64,000 nt of DNA from Camelus ferus (lineage: Eukaryota), in assembly GCF_009834535.1 (NCBI RefSeq), contig NC_045697.1, forward strand, positions 53,198,001-53,262,000, given 5' to 3'. A program made the position numbers and the translations under genes. Under the pieces are notes generated by a model. It was given only the letters and a program-made list of their open reading frames with translations, did no database searches and was not told the DNA's origin. Shown in pieces: positions 1-15,265 of the stretch (its first letter is position 1; each line of letters opens with the position of its first letter).

Positions 1-167
1 TTTGTTAAATGCATGCCTGAAAACATATTTTCTATGCTTTTCTGTAAGTTTGAAAATTTTCATAATTAAAACTTTTATTTTAAAAAATGCATTAAAATAC
101 ACAGCAACAACTACAAAAAAAAAATTCCTCACCTCCCTGTTATTCACTCATTGTGTGCGCACATGTG

Positions 168-169
<2 letters not shown>

Positions 170-205
<36 letters not shown>
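170..205 (+). repeat. (CA)n microsatellite
   Basis: Pure CA run. Confidence 0.95.
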
Positions 206-209
<4 letters not shown>

Positions 210-917
210 ACTTCTCCTTCCCTTCCCAGCTCCCATAATAATTTAGGAAAATTGTAGGAGCTGTGGCTCAAAGAGAGTTCTAGGAATAGTGCTATTAAGT
301 TGAGAGGTCAGCTTCATGGAACTCAGCTCCTGTATGTCTGATGGGTGACATAGTGCTCTATGTATTATTGTGTTTCAAGGACAGTTTCCAGAAAATCCTG
401 AGATTCTATGATGCTATTTGGCTTTTGCTCTCCTACTCTCTCCAGTATATAGTTTCTGGGCTATAGGATTTTATACCTGTTCTGAAAATACTTTATAAAC
501 ATTATTAAGTACTTCTCCTATTGATAAATGATTTTCAGATGAGGTAAACATAGTTAAAGGTCTTGAATGATGAAATCTATTTCTGACCTATATTAATCTA
601 ATTTTGAAGAACACTATGTTGTTCTTCCTAATATAAGACAGTTGTGTGCATGGAGAGTCTATGATATGTCTTTGATGCCAGATTATTAAGATGAATATAC
701 AGAAGAAAAAGATTTCTGATACCAGAATTTTGTGAAAGGAAAATGGAAAATACAGACAGACTGTACTATCTGAGGAATTATCTTAAGGAAGTTCAATAAA
801 AATGAGCTGGTCTCTAGTAGCACGTGGCATGTGAGAATGATTGTGGGACCCTTAGCTTACTGGCCATGAGTGCCAACAGATCAACTTTTAGAATTTTTTT
901 AAATTGTCACAAGTCAT

Positions 918-1145
918 CTTTTTTTTTTTTTGAAGTATAGTCGATTTACAGTGTTGTGTTAATTTCTGCATAGTGATTCATTTATATATACACGTATATA
1001 TTCCTTTTCATACTCTTTTTTGTTATAGGCCATTACAAGGTATTGAATACAGTTCCCTGTGCTATGCAGTAGGACCTTTGTTTGTTTGTTTTTTGCAGTA
1101 GGACCTTGTTGTTTATTTTATATATAGTTAGTATCTGCAAATCTG
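918..1145 (-). mobile_element. Short L1 3'-end fragment
   Basis: Poly-T followed by gaagtatagtcgatttacagtgttgtgttaatttct...ttccctgtgctat, typical antisense L1 3' UTR; relatives at ~33100, ~54940 and ~58640. Confidence 0.75.
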
Positions 1146-1169
1146 TCAGACTGTGCAACCATTTGATGT

Positions 1170-2320
1170 TTCAGTTTGAGCCTGAATTGAATCAGTTTAT
1201 GTCATTGTCTTCCCAATAAAACATTCCATCCAAGTATTCCCCTTTTCAGTGAATGGCACATTATTCACCCAGTTGTTAGTGTAAGCCAGAATCCTAAATC
1301 AATCTTGACTTCCCTTTCATTGTCCCATGTCTATCAATCACTAAATCCTCCCTATATTTTGCTTCTTAGACAGTGTTTTGAATCAGTTCACCTGTCTTCA
1401 TCTTCACCAACAGTATCCTATCCAACTTAGTACCGTATTTTTCTTGGGCCTCTCAGCTCAGCACACAGTTAGTGATTTCCCATTATGTAATACACATTGT
1501 TCTAGGAGGTGGGGACAGAGGGAAGAGCAGTACAATGCTCCTGACCCCCTGGAATTTTCATGATCACAAAAGCAGTCTCTTAACTGAGCCACAGCCCTGC
1601 TTTTAATTAAGTCAACATAATTTTTAATGAAGTACAAATCTGATTGCTGTAGTCCCCTGGTTGAAACCTTTCACTGGTTTCCCATTGTTCTTTATCCTAA
1701 AGAAAAAACATTCTTCAAGTGACTTATAAAGTCCTTTGCAGCTCACTTCTCACTGTTCTTCAGTCACGTCTCTCTTGGTCTCACTCTGTGTGTGTGTGTG
1801 TGTGTGTGTCTGTCTGTCTGTCTGTCTGTCTGTGTATTGCTTATTATACTCCTTTCTTCCTCGAAGGCCTTTACATATTCTATTACACAGTCCACAGCAA
1901 TAAGGGTTTTGATTCCATCTAGAAATTGGAGTAACCCAGTCTTATTTAGTTCTTATCTTCAGGCTGGCATTCTGTCTAGTGTTTGACTTGAGTCCTTCCT
2001 TCTTCTTTTGGCTTTTGTGAAGCCACCTTACCCTGGCTTTCTTTATACTTATCTGAAGTTCTTTTTTAGGTTCATTCATGGATTTTCTTTCTTCCTTACC
2101 CACATTTGGATTCTGGCATCAGTCCTGTCTTTTCCTCACTCAATTGCAATGGCCTGTGTGAGTTTCTGCAGCCACTTGGAAACAGCCTCCATCCATACAC
2201 TGACATCTAAGCTTATTGATCAAAACTCATATCTCTTGAACACCTCCATTTGGTTGTACCATTGCACCTTTAATGTAGCCTGTCCAAAACTGAACTAATT
2301 CATTAGTGCTCCCTAGCCAC
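1170..2320 (-). mobile_element. Degraded L2 LINE fragments interrupted by a (TG)n(TCTG)n microsatellite at 1787-1833
   Basis: Pyrimidine-rich L2-type motifs (gaatggcac..attcacccagtt..aagccagaa; tgtccaaaactgaact). Confidence 0.6.
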
Positions 2321-3374
2321 TTCTTGATTAAAAAAGTAGGCATTAGTTAAAACAGAAAAGAAGAATCTGGAGTAAGAGTGCCCTATAAGCACTGGCATTA
2401 TCCACACAATTACCTTCAGAGGGGTGCCTCTTTTGGATCTTGGTCAGGGCTTGCTTCTTCTTGATCCAGCCAGTGCCTCTAAGACTTGATGCCTGCAGGT
2501 GTACAGAGAACTGATTGAATGATTCTTCCATCTAATAAAGCAACCATGCCTTCCCTTTGTACTGCCTACTTTTCGCCTATTAGTTCTTGTAGAGAGTGGG
2601 GGCTAGGAAAAAAAATTGCATATGTAGTCCCATTTCAGTTTAATCTTGAAACATTTGCCCTTTGGATTTTTTTGTCCCAGCATTGAGAACTCTACCTTAT
2701 ATTTTACTTAGAAGGGGTAATGATAAACTCTGATAGTTGACAAAATTCATAAGTTAAAACTATAGCTTCTATGTATATCACCCATTCTAAGAAAACTATG
2801 CATCAATTTCTTATTTGTAATTATGAAATAATTTATATATTATGTGTTTCCAAATTTTTAGAATTTGATCAATTTCACTTTTTGCTATTTGCTTCAATAC
2901 TCCAAAGTTTTATAGAAATAGAGATAAATGTCTGAAAAAATATAATAAAAGGATATAAATAATCTCGCCTCCGTTAAGTTAGAACACATTTAAGCATATA
3001 AACTCGAAGTGTCAATGTTACAGAGATTTGTGAAATATGTCTACCCCACTACACACCCATTCCCTTTCCTTGCAACCCTTATGACTTAGAATCCCCCCAA
3101 TTTTAAGAGAACACATCCAATTACCTAGTAATCTTCTTTCTGAATACTTTTTAAATTGCTGTGATCATGCAATGAGAAATATAGATAATTTTCATTTGTC
3201 ATACTTGTTTTTATTAATTTTATACTGATTTATTTACCATTTTTACATATTCATCTATGTTGAAACACATACCAGAACCAATGGCAAATGAGCTGCTTCT
3301 GAACAAATATAGCTGTGAGAAATCACCAGTGTATTTGAGAAAAAATTGCACAAACATTCTAAAGGCAATTCTAG

Positions 3375-3560
3375 AATGGTAAAAAGAGCACAAAACCTGG
3401 AATCACAGGCCTAGATTTAACTCCTAGCTCTGTCATTTTATTACTGTGTGACCTGGGTAAACTTATTTGTAAATGCCATTTTCTTATCTGTAAGTTGAGA
3501 ATCATTCCTGTTTTATTTATTTTATTATAAGTGAGTTCATATTAGAATTAAATTAGAATA
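3375..3560 (+). mobile_element. MIR SINE
   Basis: ctagctctgtcatt..actgtgtgacctgggtaa...ttcttatctgtaa core. Confidence 0.7.
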
Positions 3561-5919
3561 TTCATTTACTTTGTGAACTCTATAGCTCTGTGTGACAATA
3601 TTGTTTATAATTTATTAATGTTTTGAGTTTTTCTAATAATGTTACTTATAGATATATTTAGTATGACTTTAAATCTCAACATTACTAAATATGAAATAAT
3701 AACTCTGAGTTAATTATTCATTCAACAGCTATTTAGTGAACATTCACTCTTGTTGGATTCAATAGGAATAGGACAGACCCAGTTCCTGCTTTGGAAGTCT
3801 AAGGATTTGCTGGTAAGAGTATAACACAAACAGAAAAAAGTGGCTTTGATCCATTGCTATCTGGTTAACAGAGCAAGTATGTTTCCACTGAGCCACTTCT
3901 TTTAGACAAACTTTCTCCATTCCCTTTTTCATCTAAAAACCTCATGAAGATCAGAAGTCAGGGTTTGGCTGTACTTGAATGACTGGGTGCCTGCGTGATA
4001 ATCAGTGTCATAATAAGGGTTGTGCAATAACAATACACAATATTGTCTTTTCCATGAATTGATGAATTGAAGTAATCACTTTAAAGTTAATAAAATTATA
4101 TATACTTATGATTAATACACTGATTTGACTCATAATAAGATTTGTCTTTTTTCATTTTTATGTTTGTCATTACTTTGGAACACTAATCAAAACACTCTTG
4201 TTTATGAAGTAAATATTATTTTAGGTATTCTCATTTATGGTTTTCATTTTGACTGAATACTGGAATGCAGTAGGACTTTGGAGGTTAATAACCTTGTTCT
4301 GTATATTCCCTAAGTTTGAGTTTATACCTAACTTTGTTAAGGAAAGTCCTTAAATAGACTTTCAAGTAACATTATAAACTCTATGTTTATGTAAAAATTA
4401 TTCATGCCTTCTCTAATGTGAACTCAAGGGTATTTAGGAAGTTTTAGAAAATTAAACCAAACTCCTTGGGTTATCATTAACTTGTATTACACAGTTATTA
4501 ACATGTTACTGATATAGAAAAATGAGATTACTAATCATTTAACATTTAAACACTAGTGAAGATTAAATAAGATAATAAATACCTGGACATATTCCTATCA
4601 AATTATTAATATGACCTTAGATATATTTCTATCAGGTTGTTTTGAAAAAAGTAGGAGAAAAAATGCTGACATGCACGTGGCTCTCATATCTAATAGTTAG
4701 AGAAGGAAGTTTCAGACCAACTTGAGCATCTGTCCTAAAATATAATGTTTAGAAAAATCAAGACAATGTAAAATGATTGCTTGGTAGAAGATTTGAAAGG
4801 AAAGTAAACATATCATATACTTCTGAAGGAAGGATAAAAGTGGTTGGATAAATAGAAACTATAGTCTTAGGTTAATTCTGAGCAGTGATTAGCAATTCAC
4901 AACTAGGTGAGAATTTGTAGTTATAGTGTCATTTGAAGAACAATGAAATGTACTAAGTAGACATATCTTCATTCTGATATATATGTGCATATGCAAATTA
5001 CAGAAAATATAATTTTGTTTCAATTAATCTCAGTGTAAATTTTAAAATATATTTTGCATTTATAATTATCTTATGTTTTCTTCACTCAGTCATCATCATT
5101 CAACTCAAAATTATCACCAAGATCACAAAATTATGGCCTGTTCAAGAATTGATAAAACATGATTCCCCCAATAATTTATAAGTTAAGCTAGTAAATGTTT
5201 GTTGAATGAATAAATAAGTCAGAATTCAAACATGTATAATTTAACTCTCAGTATGATAATTTTCTGAAGTAATGAGATACCACATTTCCAGTCACAGATT
5301 TTTCAAACTATTTGCCCTCTTAATTTAATAGTGTTGAAGTAAATTTACTTAAAGTAAAATTTACTTGTAGTAAAATTTTAAAAATCATTATTTTTCTAAA
5401 ATCTCTATGACTTTATAATGTGGTTAGTGATGAAAATAGTATGTAGATCTCTGTATGATCTCCTTTAAGAGAAATTTAGAGTTCATTTTTTTGTGTTAAT
5501 TTCTGTATGTTCGTATTTCTCTTGACAGAAGAGCTGTGTAGCTTCCACTGGTTCTATATTAATATATTTTTCCAACTAATAGTCTTTTCTTACCCTGCCT
5601 CTATACCTAGGTATTCAACCATTCATTCTTATTTCATCCTGAAAATGGTAAGGTAGTCAGGGAGTGAGTTTCTCCTTTCTTTCCATACTGGTGTTCACTA
5701 ATTAGCTGAATCTAAGAAGAAAAAATGAAGGCAAGGAGTATACTGAGTTACTTCACACAGGTGAGCCCCCTGGGCCAGAAAGCAGATTGGGAAAGAGGGA
5801 GAGTGGGTTTGGAGGTACAGGAAGAGACTCAGCTCAATGGTAAAGCCAGGTGTGGGCCTTGCAATTTCCAGGTCATTTTGATGTACATTCAATTCCATGA
5901 CACAGAATAATTATTTTCC

Positions 5920-7355
5920 TATTTCCATTTGAATAAAGATCAGTTTACCAAGAATCAAGAATGCCTGTGGGGCCTTTGCAGTTGAGGGGAACCAAAGCCC
6001 TTGCTCCCAATACTAGTCTGGAGAACCAAACAAGAGACTGCTACTCAGAACATCCAGCAATCAGCCAATCTACAGCTTGGGCAGACAAGAGAACACTGCA
6101 GACACTAAAGTAGGAGGAGCCCAACATCTAGGTAAATTTGAATTAGAAAACAGATCTAATTAACAACAACAACAAACTAGGCTTTGGAGATCACTGGAAA
6201 AAATTAGTTTTGCTGTTCCCTAAAATAGGCCCAGGCAAATTTTGTAAAGAATAACATTTATAAGGAGTGCTGTTTTCTAGAGATGCTACTTTTTATAATA
6301 CTTAGAGGAAGGATGGTTAATTCAAATAAAAATTTCAGAATTATCTAGGCAGATCTCTCTATCCTGTCCTAGGCCTTATAACCTGGGTTTGTTATCCACC
6401 CATCTCACTGGGATTATTAACTTAAAGTTTAACTGCAAATAATTGCTGTTTAAGGTAGTTGCTCCAGTCCATTCTCCACTTACACTTGGGCAATTGTTCT
6501 GAGTTCAGTTCAAGCTGGTGGTGTTTTGCTGATATAATTCTCTCAAAAACTTCATGAATCTCTTGTCAATCTTACTAAGATTCATTCTTTTAAATAAAAG
6601 TGTCACTCAAATCTGTTTAAGATTACACCCCAACCTACTTTGACTTCCTGCTGAGATGACTAAGAAACAGCATCCTTAAGCTTCCTAGAGAACTTCCTGT
6701 TTGATTGAGAAGCTCTGTGAGGCACATACTTAATCTTTTAAAGGGCTCTCTGTGTGACTGAGGAGTACTTGGAAGTACTTTTGTGCTGAGGTCTTAACAA
6801 AAAATTATACTGTTGGTTTTATATCTAGATCAAATTTTTCAGATGGTGCCTTGGATTTGAACTTTGTTTGGAAGCCATTTCATTAAGTTTAGCCTATCTT
6901 GCTGTCTGTAGAGGCTGAGAATTTGCAGAACAATCAACTCTTTTTCACAGTCTATCCCTTGATTTATAATTTATTTCTATTCTCCTGTGTATTATAAGCA
7001 GTGAGAGAAAAACAGGCACACCTTCAACAATGTGGGGGGTGGGGTGGGGATCTTAGCTAGATCATCCAGTCACTAGGCATATTTTCTAATTTCCCAGTAA
7101 ATTCAGGAGATGAAGATACCTGTCTCTAGTTTCCAATCATTTGCCCTCACTTCCTTCTGACTCATCACCAGCAGTGTCCTTATGTCCTTAAAGTGTTTAT
7201 TTCTACTGTCTATTCAAGAAATTTAGGACTTCTCTAACATGCTCCTTAATATCCTTCCAGCCTCTGTTCATAGTCTGGTTCCAAAGCCACTACCACATTT
7301 TTAGGTATTGTGACAGCAGTACCCCACTCCCAGGTACCCACATCTGTATTATCTA
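5920..7355 (-). mobile_element. MaLR (MLT1-type) internal region fragment
   Basis: Ends in cagcagtaccccactcccaggtaccc..tctgtatta, the antisense LTR/internal junction of MaLRs. Left boundary approximate. Confidence 0.55.
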
Positions 7356-7734
7356 TGTATTCCTGCATAGCAATGCCTGATCGCTATTTGTACACAATAT
7401 TATATTGGAGGTCTTTGTCAGAGCACTAAGGAATGAAGAAAAATCAAAGACCGGGAAGAAAGAAATGAAACTCTGATCAGTTGCAAACATGTTTGTTCAG
7501 GTGGAAAATTCAGACAAATACATAGGAAAATGGTTGGAATCACTAAGTGAATTTACTGATGTCATTGTATAAAGTGTTAATGTACAAAATCAATTGTATC
7601 TCTCTATATATCAGCAACAAAGAGAATATAAAGTTTAAAAACAATTTTCATTTATGATAATATTAAAAAACCCAAAATACTTAATTCATCTAATAATATG
7701 TTCAAGCTCTACTCTGAAAACTATAGAACTTTAC

Positions 7735-8292
7735 TGTATTAGTTTTCCATTCTGCCATAACAAAGTATTATAGATTTAGTGGCTTAAAAACCACAGCTTT
7801 ATTATATTATACTTAAAATAATCTGGTGGGTTTCACCAGACTGACAGCAAGGTGTCAGCTGGCTGTATTTTTCTTCAAAGGCTCTAGGGGAAAATCTGTT
7901 TCCTGCTCACTTGGGTTGTTGACAGAATTCAGTTCTGTGTGGTTGTAGAGCTGAGAGGCCCATTTCCTTTTGCCTATAAACTGAGAGCTGTTGCTGACTT
8001 TCAGAGGCTGCTACATTCTTTGGCTCACGACCCGCTTCCTGCATCTTCAGACTCAGTTGAGTCCTTTAGGTGTCATATCTCTGGTTTACTCTTCTGCCTT
8101 CCTTGTCTACTTTTAAGGATTTATGTGCGTAAATTGGGCTCACGTGCATAACCTAAGCTGCTCTCACCGTTTTAAAGTCTTTCATCTTAATCATGAATGC
8201 AAAGTCCCTTTTGCCATGGAGAATAACATATTCATGGCTTCCAGGGATCAGGGCAGAGACATCTTTGGGGGGCATTATTCTGCGTATCACAA
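7735..8292 (-). mobile_element. MLT1-type solo LTR nested in an old L1 ORF2 fragment (~7370-7734 and ~8293-8380)
   Basis: tgtattagttttcc..agtggcttaaaa..caaggtgtcagc...tgcaaagtcccttttgccatg..acatctttggggggcattattctg..atcaca; L1 sequence resumes on both sides. Confidence 0.75.
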
Positions 8293-11200
8293 TTATTAAG
8301 CAGAATTAAAAATGACCTAATAAAAAGAGGAATCTACCATGTTCATTAGTTAGAAGACAATAGTCTAAAAACATGAATTTATTTTTATTGTGAGTCAAAG
8401 TCTTGGGTGAGGCCTAAAGTGTAAAAATAATTCTCTAAGAAATGAAGGAAAAAGAAGAGAGGAAAACTTAAAAAAGTGGAGTTGTTTAGACGCATTTGCA
8501 CACGTGGCCTGAGAGAAATTGAATCCATAGGAACTGTGAAAACTGTATCATATTACACAAAATTATATGAAGCTGGTGAACAATGTCTAATTAAACTGGA
8601 AAAACATAAGAAAATTATTTTATGAGTCTTTCAAGAAATATTAAAAGAAAAGCAGTATTGTTTAAAATTAAAAGGCCCAGTCTCAGAAAAACAAATAACA
8701 TTATATAATCTATGTTTCTGAATAGTCCAGTTTGTGAAACTACTGTATACTTGATATTTGAGTGGGAAGAGTGTTTATTACTCTTGTTTTTTAAAGACAA
8801 AATCATTGGCTCAGTTAGCTGAAAGCAAACAAGTTCGATATGTAATAAACCCCTTCCTCCTGTAGACTTCAGAAGACACCACCCCTCAAATCTACATTTG
8901 AGTTGGGAGGATGTGGAAGTAGAAAGAAAGCATAGGCTTTGTTAATCTCTCACAGATTTAATTCCTCCTAACTCTTAGAGAACTTCTCAATGTTCTCAAA
9001 TGTTTTCTGTCCTGCTTTTCCTTTGAATTCTTTGCTTGCTTATCCTTGATTCTTACTTTCAACCTCCTCTTTAATTTTTCTCTTCTAATCCAAAGAGACA
9101 GTAAGTACACACATTCTTATGGCTGTTGAAAGAAGGAAAGACATTACTTTTTCTTTATTTCTACCTGACTCTGTCCAGTTTGTAAATACACAGTGCCATA
9201 TTCTCACTCTAAAATCTATTTCTGTGTAATTTCTCAATATTAGGGAGTTCTTGGTTTACAGTGTATAAAATCTTTACCGCGGAAAAAGTGGCAGTAGCCA
9301 GCAAGTGAAAGGCTATAACCCTGTTGTCCTGTTAAACCCTGCAAGTTTCTAAACAATAGAAGTTTACACTAGTATTTTGATCCCAGCTCAGAATTACTTT
9401 TTCAGGAAACCTCCGTGTCTCATTTGCTCTTTCTGCACTTGTAGCGGTTTTTCATAATTAACAAATTCATACATGAGTTTATGTAGTTATATGTTTAAAT
9501 GCTGATTTCCATACTGGATTTCAAATTCTCTGAGGGCAGAGATTGTATTTATTTGATTATAAGTATACCCCACTGTACATTTTAGTAGCTGGCACATAGA
9601 AAGCCACACATAAATGTTTGTAAAATAGGTTAGCTATGTATATCATTGCAAATATACATAAACCTGTTTCTTTTTACTCATCATTCATCATGATGGATAA
9701 TTAAATCCCGTGATTTCTAGGCTATCATTTCTTTATGAAGAACTTTATAAAAAAACATTATCTAGTAATTTAATATTAATCATAGAATAATTAATATTTT
9801 ATCTTATATTCCTACAGCTTTACAACTTTAATCAACTCTATTTTTGCATAATTTACTCCCATGGTTTTTTGGTAGAATTGAAATAATCAAGGCATAAAAA
9901 TATTCAAGGGGAAAATGTAAATCAAAATTCTTCTAATTGCTTAAAATATATTGAAATATTTTCTTAAATACTTTTATTCAGAAAAATATAAGGAACTTCT
10001 TTCGCATCAACTTGTTTGAAAGTGAATATCAGAGCCATTTTATTTGCAGCTACCTTAGAACTTTCTGAGTATATTCTTAATTATATGAAGGTTATTTTGC
10101 CTGCATATTTGTTATTTTATTCTTAATCATTTACCATTTTTCACATGTAAATATATATTAAATCACTAACCAGGGAAGATAGTAAAAATTCTATTGCCAA
10201 AGAAATGCAGACATGAGAATTAGTGTATTTGAAAATTCATTGAAGTAATAATGATAGTTCTTACACGGTAAATGGAGTTGTCATTGGATTTAGATCTATG
10301 TTTAAGTCCTAGCTGTCACATCAGGTCTGCAGAGAGATCATTTAACCTCATGTAGAAAGAGAATAATAGTTTCCTAATACATGAAGATAGTCTTAGATTT
10401 AAATGAGAGCATTTACTCATGCATAAAATACAGTGTAAAGTTGTTTGTAAATATAGTTATAACAAATTAAAACCTAAACATTTATGTATTTAACTGAATT
10501 AACAGCTTGAATTAACAGCTGTTTACCTTACTTGATTTGTAAGTAAAAATATTGATTATAACTTTCTACTAATAAATCCCACTTATTCATTCATTCAAAA
10601 ATACTAAAGAATTATATTTTTAGGCTCTTTAGTAGATACTGAGAATACATCAATAAATAATGATTCTAATGAAAGATCAAATGGAAAAAGAATGGCCTTC
10701 TTTTTCAAAGGACGGCTTTTAGTAGATCCAATATATTCCCATTGGGCAATTCCTCTACTATTAGGGGAATATGTCTTCTAATTCACCTTTGCTTCAAAGA
10801 ACCTCTTGAGCTGAATGCCTGCTGGATACTCAACAGTATAGTAAATGTGCTAGTAGCGGAATAAAACATAATGCTGTCTTTTCATGAGATGTCAGGTCAT
10901 CAATTTCAAGCCAGAAAGGCCACAGGCACTTAAGAGTGTTACACTGATATGACTCATAATGTGATTTGCTTTTTTTCACATGTAAGTTTCCTTTTGCTTC
11001 AGAACACTGATCACTATATATTCCTTCACGAAGTTCAAAATTATAGTTTTGTTAAGCAGATATTGTTGCTTTGCCAAGAGAGTTTTTTGGGTGAAGAAGT
11101 TCTTGTCCTCAAATGTCAGAAGCTGTAAGTTGTTTTATTTAACAACTGTCTAAGAAAACGATTGTGATCTTTGCTTTAACTGTTCCCTCTGTGTAGAATA

Positions 11201-11394
11201 TTTTCCTGCACCTGGAGTCCATTTGGCTAACAATGTTTGTAGTGGGAAAAGTATCTCATATTAACATTATATGTTTATGTTTGTTTAAATTTTTAAAACA
11301 TCTTTACTAATGTTAACACAAGGAGATTCAGAAATTTAATCGAAGAGAACATACTCAATTTTGTTGTTAATAAAAATAATTAAAATGATAAGTT

Positions 11395-11900
11395 ATGGTT
11401 TCATTTAGATGCTTCTCAATGTTGAGGTGCCCCAGGGCTTGGAGTTTGACCCTCTTGTTTTTTGTATTTACAGTCACTTCTTTGGTGATCTCACCTGGCT
11501 TCATGGTTTTAAATGCCACCTCTATGGCATCTACTCTTAAATATATAATCTCACGGGTCCTGACCTCTCTCTTATACTTCAGACTTGAATATCTAACTGT
11601 TAACTTGCTGTTGTTAATTAGATCACTAATAAACATTTCAAATTTGATGTTTTCAAAATGGAACTCCTGACATTCCTTACAGTACAATCAACTGCTATAC
11701 TTTCATAGCTTCTACTATTATTTCAGTTTTTCAGACCTAGAGCTTTGGATTCATTGCAATTCTCTCTATTTTTCTCACTGCTCACATCCAGTCCATCAGG
11801 AAAGCCTTTAAAGAATATCCAGGATCCTACCTCTTTTTACCTCCCTCATCCAAGCCACCATCATCTCTCACCTGGTTCTTAATCTATTTTAACGGTCTTC
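11395..11900 (-). mobile_element. L2 LINE fragment
   Basis: cccagggct..gaccctctt..catggttttaaatgccacctctatg..catccagtccatcag..ccaagccaccatcatctctcacctgg. Confidence 0.75.
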
Positions 11901-13492
11901 GACCTGGTCTCTGCTACACCAAGGCCTTATAGCAAGAATGTGATGGTTTTAGGTCAAACCATTTTATTGCTTATACCTTTTTTACGACTTTCCTAAGATT
12001 AGCAGTTGGAATATAAAACATCTCATAAAATATCTATGGACAAATGTTTGTGTGTGTAATGTTCTGCCTCCAGTCATTCCATGTCTGGGGCTTTATTTCA
12101 TAGAAATAATTGTGGATCCCAGGTTTTGTATCTCAGAGCTGATTGTAAAAGAGAAAAAAAACTGCCCCCAGACAGAGAATTGGTTACATAAATTAGGGTG
12201 AAAAAATACCATAAAGAGTTTTATACATGATGCTGTTTTATGATACAGAAATTGTTTCTATAAGCAGAGAAAATATTCTGTAACAGTGTTGAGATGTGTA
12301 CACTTGGGTTAGAAGACAATTTCCCACTCCTCTTCTGGGTTGAAGGAATAATGTGTTTTGTTTGTTTTTCTTCTATTCCCCAAGATTTTGGAATAAACTT
12401 AGATCACTCTTCTAATAATATAAAAAATTAAAATATAAATGACATAATTATTAATTTTAGTTTAATCCAGTTATTTACAATTGCTTCAAAGATTAATTTG
12501 CTTTCAGAATGTTTTACTGAAGAGTGATGATTACTCTTGAGAAACTTGAAAGTACACTGACAAAATGCAGGGAAAGGTTTCATGGTCCTAAATCTCTATC
12601 ACATTCAAACCGAAGATAGGTACTACTGAATCTCTAAGAAATATTTTTCAAATAGCAGAAATACTTGATTGAGTTTGAAAGACAACTGAAAGAAAAGAAA
12701 AAAAAAACCTTTCCTAAATAAAATATTTTCTTATGCGTTTATATTACTTATGTAAGTTCTTTTGAAAATTCCAATATTAGCAATATAGTCTATTTCTCCC
12801 CTCTTGTAATAGTGTATAATTTTGAGATATTTAGATAAAAATTATAATATATATATAAATGTCCATAAATTAAGAGATACTAGTAAAATTTCTTAACCTG
12901 ATACTAATATAGATTCCTTTGCTTCCACTCCTGAAAAAATAAAAAACTTAGAATACGCATAACTCTTCATATCTTTTTATCCTCGCTACCTTCTTGCCTG
13001 TCTCAAACTAATTTATAAAGTGCTTAATGTTGCCTCAACAAAGCTCAATTCTATTGAATAACTTGTGACTTTCCAATGATAATAGATTTTTCTAATGTAG
13101 GAAATATCATGTCTCATTATTTAACCAATATTAGATTATATATACATGTGTGTGTGTATATTATATATACATATATTATACATATTATATGTGTATGTGT
13201 GTTTGTCCTGAACATTCTAGAATGACTGTTATTTGGTTTCCCTAGCTATATGCTGCCAGAGGTTATGGGTCAGAGTTTTATTGTCATATATGGCCTGGCC
13301 ATTGTCCATTTGTGTATTCGATCTCTTAGTTTAGTGTTCCACACATATGTGACAGTTTGAGATCCCCACTTGATTTCCCCTAAATTGTATTTCTACTACC
13401 AGATGTATAGAGGGTGCTTATTAAATATTTGTGGGATGGTGAGGAGTGGGAATAGAAGAGGGCTGAAGCCCTTCCTCTGTTGCACCCCAAGG

Positions 13493-13821
13493 CTGTGCTG
13501 TCCAGTGCAATAGCCAATATCCGCACATTGCTGGTGAGCACCTGAAATGGAGCCAGTCTGAATTGAGATGTATTGTAAGTGTAAAATACACACTGAATGA
13601 TCAAGACTTCATATGAATGAAAGAATACAAGCCATCTCTTTAAAATTTTTTAAATGCTTACTAAGTGTTCAAATGATAATACTTTGGCTATATTAGGTTA
13701 AATAAATATATAGTTTAAATTAATTTCACTGTTTCTTTTAACTTTTTAAAAAGTTTTCTGGCTACTGGAAAATCTAAGGTTACATACGTAGCTTGGATTA
13801 TATTTCTAATGGACAGCGCTG
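13493..13821. mobile_element. hAT-Charlie non-autonomous DNA transposon (MER33/MER3-like)
   Basis: Terminal inverted repeats ctgtgctgtcca ... tggacagcgctg around a ~329-bp element. Confidence 0.8.
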
Positions 13822-14014
13822 ACCCTTTTTGTGCAAATTTCCTCTTCAATAAAATAAGGCAAATCATTTCTATAGTATCTTTCTTTTTCGTTGTCTCAAT
13901 ATAAAGATATTTAAATAGGCTGAAAACAAATTTGTGTGTTTGTTTATTCATTCTTTAGAATATATTTTTTGTGTAACTGTGTCCCAGACTATAAGCTAGA
14001 ACTTGCTCACTAAT

Positions 14015-14765
14015 TATTTATTTATTGAGGCAAAATTCACATATATTAGTTTCAGGTGTACAACATACTGATTTGATATGTGTATATATTGCTAAATGGT
14101 CACCACAATAAGTCTGTACATCACTGTACATAGTTACAAATTTTTCTTTCTTATGATGAGAAATTTAAGATCTGCTCTCTCAGCAGCTTTCAAATATGCA
14201 ATATAATGCTATTAACTATAGTCACCATGGTTTATTATAACCTCATGATTTATTTATTTTAAAACTGGAAGTTTGTACTTTTTGACCCCCTTTACCCATT
14301 TCACCTAACCCTTCCCTCCCACCTCAGCTCTGGCAACCACCAATCTGTTTTGTTCTTTGTATCTATGAGCTATTTTTTTTTAGATTCCACATATAAGTGA
14401 TATGTACAAATACAGTATTTGTCTCTTTTTCTCTGGCCTATTTTACTTAGCATGATGCCCTCAAAGTTCATCTGTGTTGTTGCAAATTGCAAGAGTTTAT
14501 TCTTTTTTATGACTGAATAATATTCTGTTGTATGTATGTGCCATATTTTCTTTATCCATTGACCCATCATTGGACATTTAGGCTGTTTCCATATCTTAAC
14601 TATTGTAAATAATGCTGCAGTGAACATGGGGGTACAGAAATCTTTTTTGAGTTAGTGTTTTCATTTCCTTGGGTAAATGCCCCAAAGTAGAATTGCTGAA
14701 TCATATGATAGTTCTATTTTTAATGTTTTGAGGAACCTCCATACTGTTTTCCATAGTGACCACAC
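14015..14765 (-). mobile_element. L1 3' fragment (ORF2 C-terminus and 3' UTR)
   Basis: ORF 14370-14627 MFTAALFTIVKIWKQPKCP... is the L1 ORF2 tail. Confidence 0.9.
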
Positions 14766-15029
14766 TAGCTACTCTTTTTATTATTCAATATTTTTATTCT
14801 GAAAGCATTCTCTGAGCTACATAAAACAACCATGGAAAGCTCAACTTACTATTCACCTTTTCCCAGTAAGATAGCTTATAATAAAATTATACTAAATGGA
14901 TTAAAAAATCTTTATAGAATATGTTCTTATAAAAATGGAAACAGTATGAAAAACCTCAACTATGACCAGATTATGAATATTTTCAGTTGGATATTTAGGT
15001 TGAGTGGCTGTATCTACAGAACAGTGATC

Positions 15030-15265
15030 AGACACAGATTACAACAGACCTGCGTTCAGTTCTTTGCTGCCCTGCTTGCTGGAAGTGTGATCTAGGATAA
15101 GTGGCTTACTTTATCCATGCCTCAGTTTTCTCTGTTAATGGGGATAATGATAATTCTTATTTTACAGGACAGTTGTAAGAATTAAGTGGATCAATATATG
15201 CGAAATATTTACAATAGTGTCAAGCCCATAGTAAGTACTACAGAGGTGTTAGTGATTATTAATGT
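15030..15265 (+). mobile_element. MIR SINE
   Basis: tgtgatctaggataagt..tgcctcagttttctc..aatgggataatgata core. Confidence 0.75.
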